Assembly (NCBI GenBank): GCA_050298595.1
Contig: JBNKUM010000103.1
Coordinates: forward strand, 2,150 to 66,149
Direction of reading: 5' to 3'
Origin: Gammaproteobacteria bacterium
GTDB lineage: Bacteria; Pseudomonadota; Gammaproteobacteria; GCA-001735895
DNA length: 64,000 bases
How positions within the stretch are numbered: position 1 is the stretch's first letter; each line of letters begins with the position of its first letter. Below are positions 30,683 to 39,959 of the stretch, one piece after another. The translations under genes and the position numbers were made by a program. The notes under the pieces are model-generated. The model searched no databases, had not been told where the DNA came from, and saw only the letters and a list, made by a program, of their open reading frames with translations.

Positions 30683-30894
30683 TTTATAAGTCATTTAAAG
30701 ACGCTACTCATGAAAATCCAGGGGACTTGATAAAGCTTAAAAATCTTAACTGGAAATCTCATAGAAACTTTATTGAGTCAATTAAAGTAAATGGCATACC
30801 TTATGAAAAGGAAATGATCACGCCAATTGACCTTTCACGGGCACCACAATTGAACAAGATTTACTCAAATGGCATATGATCTAAACGGCTAGCC

Positions 30895-30907
30895 GGGGGG
30901 GGGGGGG
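30895..30907. repeat. Homopolymeric G13 tract flanked by GCTAGCC copies
   Basis: ggctagcc-G13-ca-gctagcc, read directly from 30887-30916. Intergenic. Confidence 0.9.
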
Positions 30908-31207
30908 CAGCTAGCCTCCACAATACCCCGCATACAGTAATACGTGTTTGTACAGACACGGACAGCAGCATTTTGCCTTCTACAATGCACGAATGCTAAC
31001 AAGCGGCTGCTAGTGACTTAATAAAGTTTGGCTTAAAAGGCAGCTATCCTACACCAAGCCCCAAAGCTGATCGTTGAGGCAGTAAAATATAATTCCGCAT
31101 ATAACTGTAAAATAATCAAACAATTTATCAAAAATTGTGTAAATTATTTTTACAACCCTTAACTCAATATTTACAAAAATTCAACAAATATAACAATTTT
31201 TATATTT

Positions 31208-31223
31208 CGGCAAGATTTTTGCT
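31208..31223 (+). promoter_or_regulatory. Candidate sigma-54 (-24/-12) promoter for the second PEP-CTERM gene
   Basis: cGGCAaGattTTTGCt against the consensus TGGCACG-N4-TTGCW. The GG (31209-10) and GC (31221-22) have the exact 10-nt spacing. It lies about 40 nt upstream of the start codon. Confidence 0.55.
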
Positions 31224-31265
31224 TTACAAAACCGTTTACTTAAACAATTTTCAATGGAGAGGAAG

Positions 31266-31784
31266 ATGAAAAAAATTATTTGTTTGTTTATTTGTATGTT
31301 TGCAGGAAATGTATACGCTGGCCTTATTGGTGACACTGTACATATTGCCCACAATTGGTCAACTCTTGGCTCAGAAATTTATTCCCCAATAGATGTGCTA
31401 GTAGAAGACGGAACAGGAGATCTGGCTACCGTATCTCCCCATTATTCAGTTAATGTGGATGACCTATCAGTATTCGTGGACTTTAGCGATGATGCGGCTT
31501 GGTCTCCTGGGTTATTTAATGGTTTAGTCATAAGCAATATAGATACAATTTTGTCAGACTTTGTCGTATCAACAAACATGACAGGCTGGGTTGATTCAAT
31601 GTTTACATACAGTGCCGACGCTTTAATGTTCAATTGGAGTGGCCTGACTTTTGATAGTGACACTACATTTCAACTTAATTTTAATGATGGTAATTCTTCT
31701 CAAGTACCCGAACCTACATCGCTTGCATTGATTGGGTTAGGATTAGCTGGAATTGGTTTTTCAAGGAAAAAGAAAACGGCGTAA
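31266..31784 (+). CDS. PEP-CTERM sorting-domain protein
   Basis: MKKIICLFICMFAGNVYA/GLI signal peptide. C-terminus VPEPTSLALIGLGLAGIGFSRKKKTA. The ATG at 31266 follows GGAGAGG; the track start at 31254 is also possible. Confidence 0.8.
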   Translation: MKKIICLFICMFAGNVYAGLIGDTVHIAHNWSTLGSEIYSPIDVLVEDGTGDLATVSPHYSVNVDDLSVFVDFSDDAAWSPGLFNGLVISNIDTILSDFVVSTNMTGWVDSMFTYSADALMFNWSGLTFDSDTTFQLNFNDGNSSQVPEPTSLALIGLGLAGIGFSRKKKTA

Positions 31785-31804
31785 TTAGCTAATTCAATTT
31801 CCAC

Positions 31805-31834
31805 AAAAGCCTCGCAATATTGCGAGGCTTTTTT
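31805..31834 (+). terminator. Rho-independent terminator
   Basis: AAAAGCCTCGCAA-TAT-TTGCGAGGCTTTTTT, a perfect stem with flanking A and T tracts, so it could act in both directions. Confidence 0.85.
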
Positions 31835-32331
31835 ATGCCGAATCATATAGCCTATGGTCTCTAAGCCTCTACTCCCCATGCATTTCTATACTGTCTAAAT
31901 CCATATAGGCTCTTTTTATCTTCTTGCTTTTTGCGTCCGGCATGAGCGCCATTGATAGGATCTCCTGAAAAAGCAATAAGGAAATACAGATATTGCAGGA
32001 CGCCTACATGGATAAGTAGGTAGTAGAACGAAGCAGGATGCCAGAGCCAGGCAATACAACCGTCCTTCATATATCTCCTCACGGATAAGCCCTTACCATT
32101 CGCTAGCAGTTGCCATCTAATAATCCCAGGTTATAGATGTTGTACTTCCTACTGAGGACTTTCACCTCATAAGCTGATGCCCATTTTGGGAATAAACAAT
32201 CAGCCAATGGAACAGCTCACCTCGATCGCTCTCTAAATAGTCTAGCTGTTAAATTTCTAAAAATTGATTTACCATGGGCGAAAAAAGCAGAAAGCAATTT
32301 ATAGTATAGAAGAATATCAAGGAGTTTCAGT

Positions 32332-32676
32332 ATGAGGTCTATCGTTTTAGTAATATATATCTTTCTACTATCTGCATGTATCCAGGATGACACATCTTCA
32401 AATTACGTAAAGGTATATAAAGATGATACTTCTGTTCAATGTGGAAACGCTGGAGTAGAGCTGAATGTAATGGGCATGGAATTAATAAATAAGGGAATTG
32501 ATGTTGTATGCTCTCAAAAAGGACATGATGGAATGGTGAGACCTGCATTATGTGATACCGATACAGGTGATATCAATATATACGAAATATATAGAGTGAA
32601 TTTACCTGATGCACAAGCTATGGGGTTCGACCCGATTAGCAACCTCACTGAATATCAAGATCAAAAATGTGAATAG
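32332..32676 (+). CDS. Small hypothetical lipoprotein
   Basis: Lipobox LLSAC, RBS AAGGAG upstream, six Cys residues. Confidence 0.5.
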   Translation: MRSIVLVIYIFLLSACIQDDTSSNYVKVYKDDTSVQCGNAGVELNVMGMELINKGIDVVCSQKGHDGMVRPALCDTDTGDINIYEIYRVNLPDAQAMGFDPISNLTEYQDQKCE

Positions 32677-33350
32677 GCTAAACTGGTAAATTTTCACTCA
32701 ATGTAAAATTAACTGGATACCAAACAACGCATCGTTTGCAAAGAGGATATAAAAAAGGACTCACTTAAATGCAGATACTGCCAACAGATTCAGACGAAAG
32801 CTGCAAATTTCTATATCAAGCCAGTCCTTAGTTACCTATATGTGGATTTTTTATATCATCTTCTCGTTTTCTCTGGAAGAACCTCTACGACCGGGTTTTG
32901 AAATTAATTCGTCAAGTATGTTTCTATCTGAATCTGGTCAAGGTCTTAACATACGCTGTACTGACCAGATCAAAAACTCACCACTTAAATGATGGAGTGA
33001 CTTTTCGTCACAGGCAGAATTTAAAAATTCTGCAGGTGTTACCATAGATGTACTTTATTCAGAACCCGTAGTTACCTATCTCCCCCTGTTTCATTTCGAA
33101 GGCATTGTGTCTGGTTCAGACAGTGCTACTAAAGATGAGTATAAATCTTGTGTGCTATCTACCACTAGTGCGTTAGATTACTAGTGCACCACCGATTAAT
33201 TCTGGACCGGTGTGTGGCGATATAGCCCTACTGTTTCGAGTATGTCAAAATAATCCTGTTATTACACGGTAGATTAAACATCATGACGCAAAGGAATACC
33301 TGTTACAAAAATCAGTCAGACCCTGCTCCATATAATCTAACGAACTATCT

Positions 33351-34421
33351 ATGATGAAATACCTGTTTTTAATATTGTTAGTAGCGGGATCATCCTATAC
33401 CGGCTACTGGTATCTGCAATCGTCCGAAGTCACACGGGTGAGCGTGATCAATCCCGAGCGAGGTGAGATCAAAAACGTCATCAATCTGACAGGGCAAGTC
33501 ATCAATGATCGCACCGTAACCCTTTCCGCTCTGGTCAATGGCCAGATCACAGAAATGAAGATCAGTAAGGGCCAGGTAGTAAAAGCAGATCAAATCCTGG
33601 CCCGCTTTGATCGGCGTGAAGCTGATGCTGAGCTGGAACGCCTGCAAGCCGAGCAGGAACTTGCTGAGGAAAAGATGAAACTGGCGCGCAATACACTCGA
33701 CCGGTTACAGGATATGGGCTCCAACAGTAGCGTATCACAACAGCAACTGGATGATGCCCGTACCGAATGGCGCATCTCTCAGGCTCAGCTTAAGGTTAGC
33801 AAGGCGGCTTACCGGATTGCCGCTATCCAACGTGAGAAATACGATGTAAGCGCACCCTTTGATGGTGTCATCACCGAGAAAACCACAGAAGTCGGGCAAT
33901 GGCTAGAAGCGGGAACCCCACTTTTTACCCTGGTGGCCGAACAGGGGCGTGAGATCGAAGTGAGTATCGACTCAAGTGACCGTGGACAAATCAAACTCGA
34001 TCAGCTTGCCAACCTGACGGCTGATGCCTGGCCAGATCAAAGCTGGAGCGAGCGGATTCAGTGGCTGGCGCCTGCGGTTTCGCAAAAAGACAAGGTTGCG
34101 CTCAATACCTTCAACGCCCGATTCTCACTGGGCCCAGAGGCTCCACCACTGATTCTCGGCCAGCAGGTGGATGTTGAACTGATTCTTGAGCAGAGAGAAG
34201 ATGTGCTCAGACTGCCCTATTCGGTTGTAATCGAAAAAGACGATAGCAAGCAGATGGCCGTGATCAACGATCAATCACAGATCGAGCTGATCGAAGTAGA
34301 AATGGGTATAGAAGATGTTCTTTATTTCGAGGTATTAAATGAGGGCATTAACGTCAATACACGTATCGCACAACCGCTGGAGCAGAATTTCACCAGCGGC
34401 CAGACAGTGCTTGTGGATTAA
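33351..34421 (+). CDS. Periplasmic adaptor (HlyD/MacA family) of a tripartite ABC efflux system
   Basis: N-terminal anchor, coiled-coil hairpin (EADAELERLQAEQELAEEKMKLARNTLDRLQ) and beta-barrel domains. Abuts the ATPase gene. Confidence 0.85.
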   Translation: MMKYLFLILLVAGSSYTGYWYLQSSEVTRVSVINPERGEIKNVINLTGQVINDRTVTLSALVNGQITEMKISKGQVVKADQILARFDRREADAELERLQAEQELAEEKMKLARNTLDRLQDMGSNSSVSQQQLDDARTEWRISQAQLKVSKAAYRIAAIQREKYDVSAPFDGVITEKTTEVGQWLEAGTPLFTLVAEQGREIEVSIDSSDRGQIKLDQLANLTADAWPDQSWSERIQWLAPAVSQKDKVALNTFNARFSLGPEAPPLILGQQVDVELILEQREDVLRLPYSVVIEKDDSKQMAVINDQSQIELIEVEMGIEDVLYFEVLNEGINVNTRIAQPLEQNFTSGQTVLVD

Positions 34422-35093
34422 ATGAATCCGGTCATCAGCCTCAGCCATGTTAATAAATCCTATGCTATGGGAGAGCTTAGGCTTCCCGTTCTGAAAGATA
34501 TCAGCCTGGATATTTTGCCAGCTGAATTCGTTGCCATCATGGGGGCCTCCGGTTCTGGTAAAACAACCTTAATGAATATCCTTGGCTGCCTCGACACAAT
34601 GGATAGCGGTCATTACCAGCTGACAGGGGAAGATATTAGTAACTCAAGCAGTGATACTCTGGCCCGTTTACGCAACCAGCATATTGGTTTTATCTTCCAG
34701 TCTTTTAACCTGTTGTCCCGTATCGATATCGTGCGTAACGTTGAACTACCGCTGATCTATGCTGCCGTTCCAGCACATAGAAGAAAACAGATGGCTATAG
34801 AGGCACTGCATCAGGTTGGTCTGGGGGATAGACTGGATCATCTGCCGAGCCAGATTTCAGGCGGACAGCAACAACGCGTAGCCATCGCCCGTGCCCTGAT
34901 TACCGAACCCGATGTGTTGCTGGCCGATGAGCCCACCGGTAGTCTGGACAGTGTCAATGGGCGCGAAATCATGCAACTGTTTGAGTCTCTCAACCAGCAG
35001 GGTAAAACCATCGTCATGGTCACCCACGAAGCAGAGATCGCTGACTATGCAAGCAGGCGAATTACCATGCAGGATGGTGAAATCAGGTGTTAA
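34422..35093 (+). CDS. ABC transporter ATP-binding protein (MacB/LolD family)
   Basis: Walker [10 protein letters not shown], signature [14 protein letters not shown], Walker [12 protein letters not shown]. Confidence 0.9.
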   Translation: MNPVISLSHVNKSYAMGELRLPVLKDISLDILPAEFVAIMGASGSGKTTLMNILGCLDTMDSGHYQLTGEDISNSSSDTLARLRNQHIGFIFQSFNLLSRIDIVRNVELPLIYAAVPAHRRKQMAIEALHQVGLGDRLDHLPSQISGGQQQRVAIARALITEPDVLLADEPTGSLDSVNGREIMQLFESLNQQGKTIVMVTHEAEIADYASRRITMQDGEIRC

Positions 35094-36319
35094 CCAGAAT
35101 ATTTGATTATTTCGCCGAAGCTCTGCGCGCTTTACGCGATAACCGAACCCGCACCCTGCTCAGCATCCTGGGTATCATGATTGGCATTGCTGCGGTGATC
35201 GCTGTCAGCACCATCAGCAAGGGTGGCAATCACCTGATCTTTCGCGAACTGGAAACCTTTGGATTGAAATCGGTCTGGGTATATCGCCATAACAGTAACA
35301 AGGATCCGAACCGTAAAACACGGCCTGGAACGGGTATAGACGAAGATGATCTAAGGCTGCTGGCAAAGTGCTGCGATGCCGTGCACAGTCTGTCACCGGT
35401 AGTACGCCCTGCTAAAACACCAATCATTCAAAATCACAACCGCTATAGCAATGCGCAAATTCGCGGTGTGAACGCTCATTTTTCACTCATCGCCAACGAT
35501 AAACTGCAACAGGGACGTTTCCTGCAGCAAAGCGATATCGATCAACACCGGGCTGTAGTGGTGATCGGTCCAACTGTGGCGAAGGATCTATTTGGTGCTT
35601 CCAATGCACTCAACCGTTTCATCCGTATCGATCAGCATAAATATCTGGTTGTCGGCCTGCTTAAGGAGAAGAGCCGAGATTTTCTATCCAGCATTGGTTC
35701 GTCGGGTGGCCAGGATGCCAATAACCGTATCCTGTTGCCCTACACGACCCTGCTGAAAACCAATGGCAACGATCAGATAAATTTTTTGCGTATTGAGGCG
35801 AATTCACTGCAGGTGGCTGATCGCTCCGCATTACAGATAGAGACCCTGCTCAAGCGCATACATAAAGGACAGTTCGACTACATGCACGAAACCATGGCCT
35901 CTTACATCAAGACCACCAACACGATTTTACGCGGCGTTGAGATTATCGGTATAGTCGCTGCCTCTATTTCACTGCTGGTCGGGGGTATGGGTATCATGAA
36001 CATCATGGGTACCTCGGTACTGGAACGAACTCGCGAAATAGGCCTGCGCAAGGCTCTGGGCGCCAGGAAAATTGATATCCTGTGGCAGTTCCTGATCGAA
36101 GCGACAATGATCGCGCTGATCGGTGGTAGCGCTGGTTTACTGCTCGGCGGACTGCTCAGCATCCTGCTGGCACAGATCACTGGCTTCCCGCTCACACCCA
36201 GCCTGTTCATTATCGTACTGGGATTTGCAGTATCGGTTCTAACAGGTATACTTTCTGGATATCTGCCGGCTAAACGAGCGGCGTTACTACCCCCGGTGGA
36301 TGCACTTCGCCATGAGTGA
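35087..36319 (+). CDS. FtsX/MacB-type ABC permease with a large periplasmic domain
   Basis: 410 aa with MacB_PCD-like topology and a C-terminal FtsX domain (REIGLRKALGARKIDIL). Overlaps the ATPase gene. Confidence 0.88.
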   Translation: MLTRIFDYFAEALRALRDNRTRTLLSILGIMIGIAAVIAVSTISKGGNHLIFRELETFGLKSVWVYRHNSNKDPNRKTRPGTGIDEDDLRLLAKCCDAVHSLSPVVRPAKTPIIQNHNRYSNAQIRGVNAHFSLIANDKLQQGRFLQQSDIDQHRAVVVIGPTVAKDLFGASNALNRFIRIDQHKYLVVGLLKEKSRDFLSSIGSSGGQDANNRILLPYTTLLKTNGNDQINFLRIEANSLQVADRSALQIETLLKRIHKGQFDYMHETMASYIKTTNTILRGVEIIGIVAASISLLVGGMGIMNIMGTSVLERTREIGLRKALGARKIDILWQFLIEATMIALIGGSAGLLLGGLLSILLAQITGFPLTPSLFIIVLGFAVSVLTGILSGYLPAKRAALLPPVDALRHE

Positions 36320-36484
36320 ATAACAACAAAAAAATCGCTGAGCACCTCTGACCAACTTCATTTCAGGGAGGATTATGCTTACAAAACGACAGCAAAAACT
36401 TTATGACTCCTTCTATGCCCTTTGAGTGCTTCGGGTTGTGGCTAAAAATGTACCCTCGTTGCTAGCTAGATGGACGTAGGTAAG

Positions 36485-36508
36485 GAGCGGGAGCTTTGCT
36501 CGTCGCTC
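36485..36508. other. Hairpin between the convergent efflux and cytochrome operons
   Basis: GAGCGGGAGC-TTT-GCTCGTCGCTC, about 10 bp with one bulge, 9 nt past the stop of the 885-aa cytochrome gene. No U tract. Confidence 0.35.
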
Positions 36509-36516
36509 ATTTGTAA

Positions 36517-39174
36517 TCAATGTATGTAATCTACCCCGATATCCCGACTCAATTTATCATGATAATATTTATACTTAATCTGTGTTTCTATGCCGTGACA
36601 ATCGACGCAGAAGGTGTTCTTAACATCCTTTAGGCGTAAAAAGCTGTTTAACACATTGCCCTGTTTATTTTTTTCTTCTGGATTTAACCGAGGATTTCTG
36701 GAGCTATCTTCTCCAGCTTGCCAGTGATGTGGCTCATGGCAGGTAATGCAGGCAATGGCTCCAAATTCTGAGATTTTTTCTTCATCATCCAGTAACGGCA
36801 TCACTTCTGGATCAGATCTTAAAACCAGATCCTTAGCCGGGTGCGAAAAATGTTCCACAACCATCTTATCCGCCACACACTTTTCCAGATGACAATCTAG
36901 ACAGAGTTGATCACGCTGGAATACTTTTTCGTTTTCTGTATACGCTGATATTACTCCTGAAAACAGAAAAGGTGCCTCTCCTTCTCCTCGATGCATGCTA
37001 TGGCAGCTACCACAGGCTCCACTTTGTTCGGCGGTCTGCTCAAACCTATTCATGCTTTTTTCTGCTGTAATGCGTAAATCATGATCACTATTTACAATGG
37101 CATTATTTCCTTTGTGGCAGTGGCTACATAGCTCGCCATTCTTATCGTCTTCGCGTAATACGGCTGTATCAGGTTTTCCAGCATGTACGCTATGACAACT
37201 CAGGCAGGTCATTGCGGTGATTTCTTCACCATCTATCTTAACGGCCTCTTCAAGTTTCATATTCACCGCATGCACACCTTTTTTACGCGCATCCCTTTCG
37301 TTTGTCGCATGTTGTCGTGGATGGCAGCTAGCGCATAACTTTTCGATATCTGCTGTAGTACGAGTTAACAGCTTTGAGTTTTCTCTACCGCTGTGTGCTG
37401 AATGACAAACCAGACAGGTTACCTGCTTAACCTTTACACCATTAAGCTCCACCGCCTCTTCCATTTCAATATCTACCGGATGGATACCTTTGTGATGCGC
37501 CTGTTTTTTATCCTTGCTGTGTAATTCTTGATGGCAACTTTCGCATAACTCATTGCTGTCAAAACCCGCTGGCAAAAGCTGCTCCCCAGATGCTCCATGT
37601 ATCTGGTGACAACTTTGACAGATCAACTGCTGATCAGAGCCTACACTGGCCCCTGCAAGCTTTAGTTCATTGGGTAATCCTTTTTGCAGGCTTTCAGTTC
37701 GTGCATAGCGTTCAGGATCATTTGCCGGCTCAGGTGTTTGTAAATATAGCCCTACCGGATGGTTGATCCCGCGTACAGGGTGTTGATCATCCAGCACACT
37801 ATCCAGTTTGGATTCATGACATTGCTGACATAAATCACCCTCCTTATTCAAAATTCTCAACCAGGGATTAGAATGAGATTCATACAGGGTATCTGACTCT
37901 TTTATATCTGCGGTATGCGGGGTGTGACAACTGCCGCAATAAAGTTGATCATCCCCTATCAAGGGAAACTCTGCAGGTACCTTATCCTGTTCTTCAGTTT
38001 TTGTCTTTCTGGATGGGTCTCGTTGATGATGAATATCCGGGTGCTGCTTGCCACTACCAATGCTTACACGCGAATCAATCACTGCGCCGTGGTGACAGCT
38101 ATAGCACATTTTCTGTGATGCTACGGGAAGCACGCCATCCTGATCTTTCTGCTCGCTGCGTGAGGATACAGCCCAGGAGTAGTGACAGGTATCGCAGTTT
38201 TTACGCGAGGTTTTAATGTTACCTGTGCCAGGTTTTTTTTCGAGCAGTATGCCTTTATCATCATCGCCAGATTTAAATACTTCCACGCGATTACTAATCA
38301 CATCGACCACATATAGTTTATCGTTGCGCCATGCAAGTCCAACGGGGGCTTCAAATTTCCTGGCAGTATCATCATCAACCGAGAGATAACCGCTGAACCG
38401 ACCATCGATAAAAATAGATACCTTCCCCAGATAGCTATCGCTGATAAACATTCTCCCATCATCGGCAAATGCAATTCCGTTGGGTCGGTATAATTCACCA
38501 TCGGCGATGCCAAAATGCGCAATCTTTAAATAAAGCCTTCCTTTCGGGTTAAATGCTTTAATCCGCCCATTTAAAACATCAACGACATACAGATAACCAT
38601 CCCGGTCTGCGGCGATGTGGAATGGAAATTGAAATTCTGCATCTCCCTCTCCCCGCTTACCCCAGCACTGCATGGTGGTCCCTGTAGATAGTCGAGTCTG
38701 GCACAGTGAATGATTTTTTCTGTCACTCCAGCTGATGACATCATCTTTAACACTCAACCCCACCGGCTCTGGTGGCTGTGCTGGAAATTGTTGATTGACC
38801 AGTGCAATGTTTTCTATAAATCGTCCCTTTTTGTCAAATACTGCAATTCTATGATTCGTAGTATCGGCGATAAATACTTTATCATCTGCAATCGTAATCG
38901 CCATCGGCAGATGCAATTCACCAGAGCCTCGCCCCTGTTTACCAAAGGTAAATAATCGCCTGCCTTTGGCTGAAAGTACGACAACCCGATGCTGAGCCCC
39001 ATCGAGAATGTAGAGTTGTTCTTTTTCTGAAATTACAATATCCGAGGGTTGATCCAAACCAGAACGATAACTTGCTATTTGTCTCGCATGCTGACTAACT
39101 GCTTCAACATTTTGTACTACGAGATTCAGAACACAAAAAGCTATCGATAAAAAAGTGAATCTGCTAACTGGCAT
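36517..39174 (-). CDS. NHL-repeat beta-propeller fused to a multiheme cytochrome c (14 CXXCH)
   Basis: Signal peptide. The first 300 aa or so carry NHL-type repeats (NHRIAVFDKKGRF, LNGRIKAFNPKGR, SNRVEVF). I then counted 14 CXXCH motifs in the provided translation, many arranged as paired-CXXCH modules. Confidence 0.88.
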   Translation of the reverse strand: MPVSRFTFLSIAFCVLNLVVQNVEAVSQHARQIASYRSGLDQPSDIVISEKEQLYILDGAQHRVVVLSAKGRRLFTFGKQGRGSGELHLPMAITIADDKVFIADTTNHRIAVFDKKGRFIENIALVNQQFPAQPPEPVGLSVKDDVISWSDRKNHSLCQTRLSTGTTMQCWGKRGEGDAEFQFPFHIAADRDGYLYVVDVLNGRIKAFNPKGRLYLKIAHFGIADGELYRPNGIAFADDGRMFISDSYLGKVSIFIDGRFSGYLSVDDDTARKFEAPVGLAWRNDKLYVVDVISNRVEVFKSGDDDKGILLEKKPGTGNIKTSRKNCDTCHYSWAVSSRSEQKDQDGVLPVASQKMCYSCHHGAVIDSRVSIGSGKQHPDIHHQRDPSRKTKTEEQDKVPAEFPLIGDDQLYCGSCHTPHTADIKESDTLYESHSNPWLRILNKEGDLCQQCHESKLDSVLDDQHPVRGINHPVGLYLQTPEPANDPERYARTESLQKGLPNELKLAGASVGSDQQLICQSCHQIHGASGEQLLPAGFDSNELCESCHQELHSKDKKQAHHKGIHPVDIEMEEAVELNGVKVKQVTCLVCHSAHSGRENSKLLTRTTADIEKLCASCHPRQHATNERDARKKGVHAVNMKLEEAVKIDGEEITAMTCLSCHSVHAGKPDTAVLREDDKNGELCSHCHKGNNAIVNSDHDLRITAEKSMNRFEQTAEQSGACGSCHSMHRGEGEAPFLFSGVISAYTENEKVFQRDQLCLDCHLEKCVADKMVVEHFSHPAKDLVLRSDPEVMPLLDDEEKISEFGAIACITCHEPHHWQAGEDSSRNPRLNPEEKNKQGNVLNSFLRLKDVKNTFCVDCHGIETQIKYKYYHDKLSRDIGVDYIH

Positions 39175-39176
39175 GT

Positions 39177-39959
39177 TTATCTCAACAGATCACTCATTTT
39201 TAATCGATCACCTTTCTTTTTATAGCGCGTAAAGAAATGTGCGATGCTGTTATTGGTAATTGAGTGGGTCAGCCTTTCACTTGCACCCAGATAGGAATAA
39301 TCCAGTAACTTCTGTTTTTCATCATGACAATGCTGACAACTAATCCCCTTTTTATTCAGAGGAGCATGCAGTTTTACCTTGAGTTTAGCTTTCTCTTCAT
39401 CCGCCGAATTTTTCCACTGCTGTTTCACTTCAGAAGAAAATGGATCATCCTTAAAAACAACCAGGACCTGCCCCCGGTAAACAGGTGCAATTTTTAATCC
39501 GGGCCGGGGTAATAACGAGGTTTTAGTCTTATCAGCCAGGGTATGAATCGATTGAGACACATCGATAATTTCTCCGGTATTTGGATAATCATAAGCCAGC
39601 CATTGATAATCCAGATCTAAGCCCTCGGTATTAAAGTGACAGGTCTCGCAGCTTATGTAATTGCTGTGCATATTCAAAAAGCTTCGATTCAACTCGTTAG
39701 CCTGATGAGGCTTATCCAGATGACAATTTAGACAAAAATCCTGTTTCAGTGATGCATGAGTTTCAACGCGATGATGAAAGGGATTTACATTCAGGCCATT
39801 TTTAAGCTGAATATCTTTATGCGCTTTAAGTTGTTTGCTGGCATCAGCTAGTTCGTTATCGGTAACCTGATGTGAATTAACACGATCATTAAACAGGTTC
39901 TCGGCTAAAACCGGCCAACAAAAGCTAAGCGTGAAAATGATAAAGCAAAACCTAATCAT
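39177..39959 (-). CDS. Periplasmic triheme cytochrome c
   Basis: Signal peptide MIRFCFIIFTLSFCWPVLA/EN. CLNCH, CETCH and CQHCH. Confidence 0.8.
   Translation of the reverse strand: MIRFCFIIFTLSFCWPVLAENLFNDRVNSHQVTDNELADASKQLKAHKDIQLKNGLNVNPFHHRVETHASLKQDFCLNCHLDKPHQANELNRSFLNMHSNYISCETCHFNTEGLDLDYQWLAYDYPNTGEIIDVSQSIHTLADKTKTSLLPRPGLKIAPVYRGQVLVVFKDDPFSSEVKQQWKNSADEEKAKLKVKLHAPLNKKGISCQHCHDEKQKLLDYSYLGASERLTHSITNNSIAHFFTRYKKKGDRLKMSDLLR

Noticed and set aside
35902-36345. 147-aa minus-strand ORF
   Set aside because: It lies antisense to the well-supported FtsX-type permease gene.
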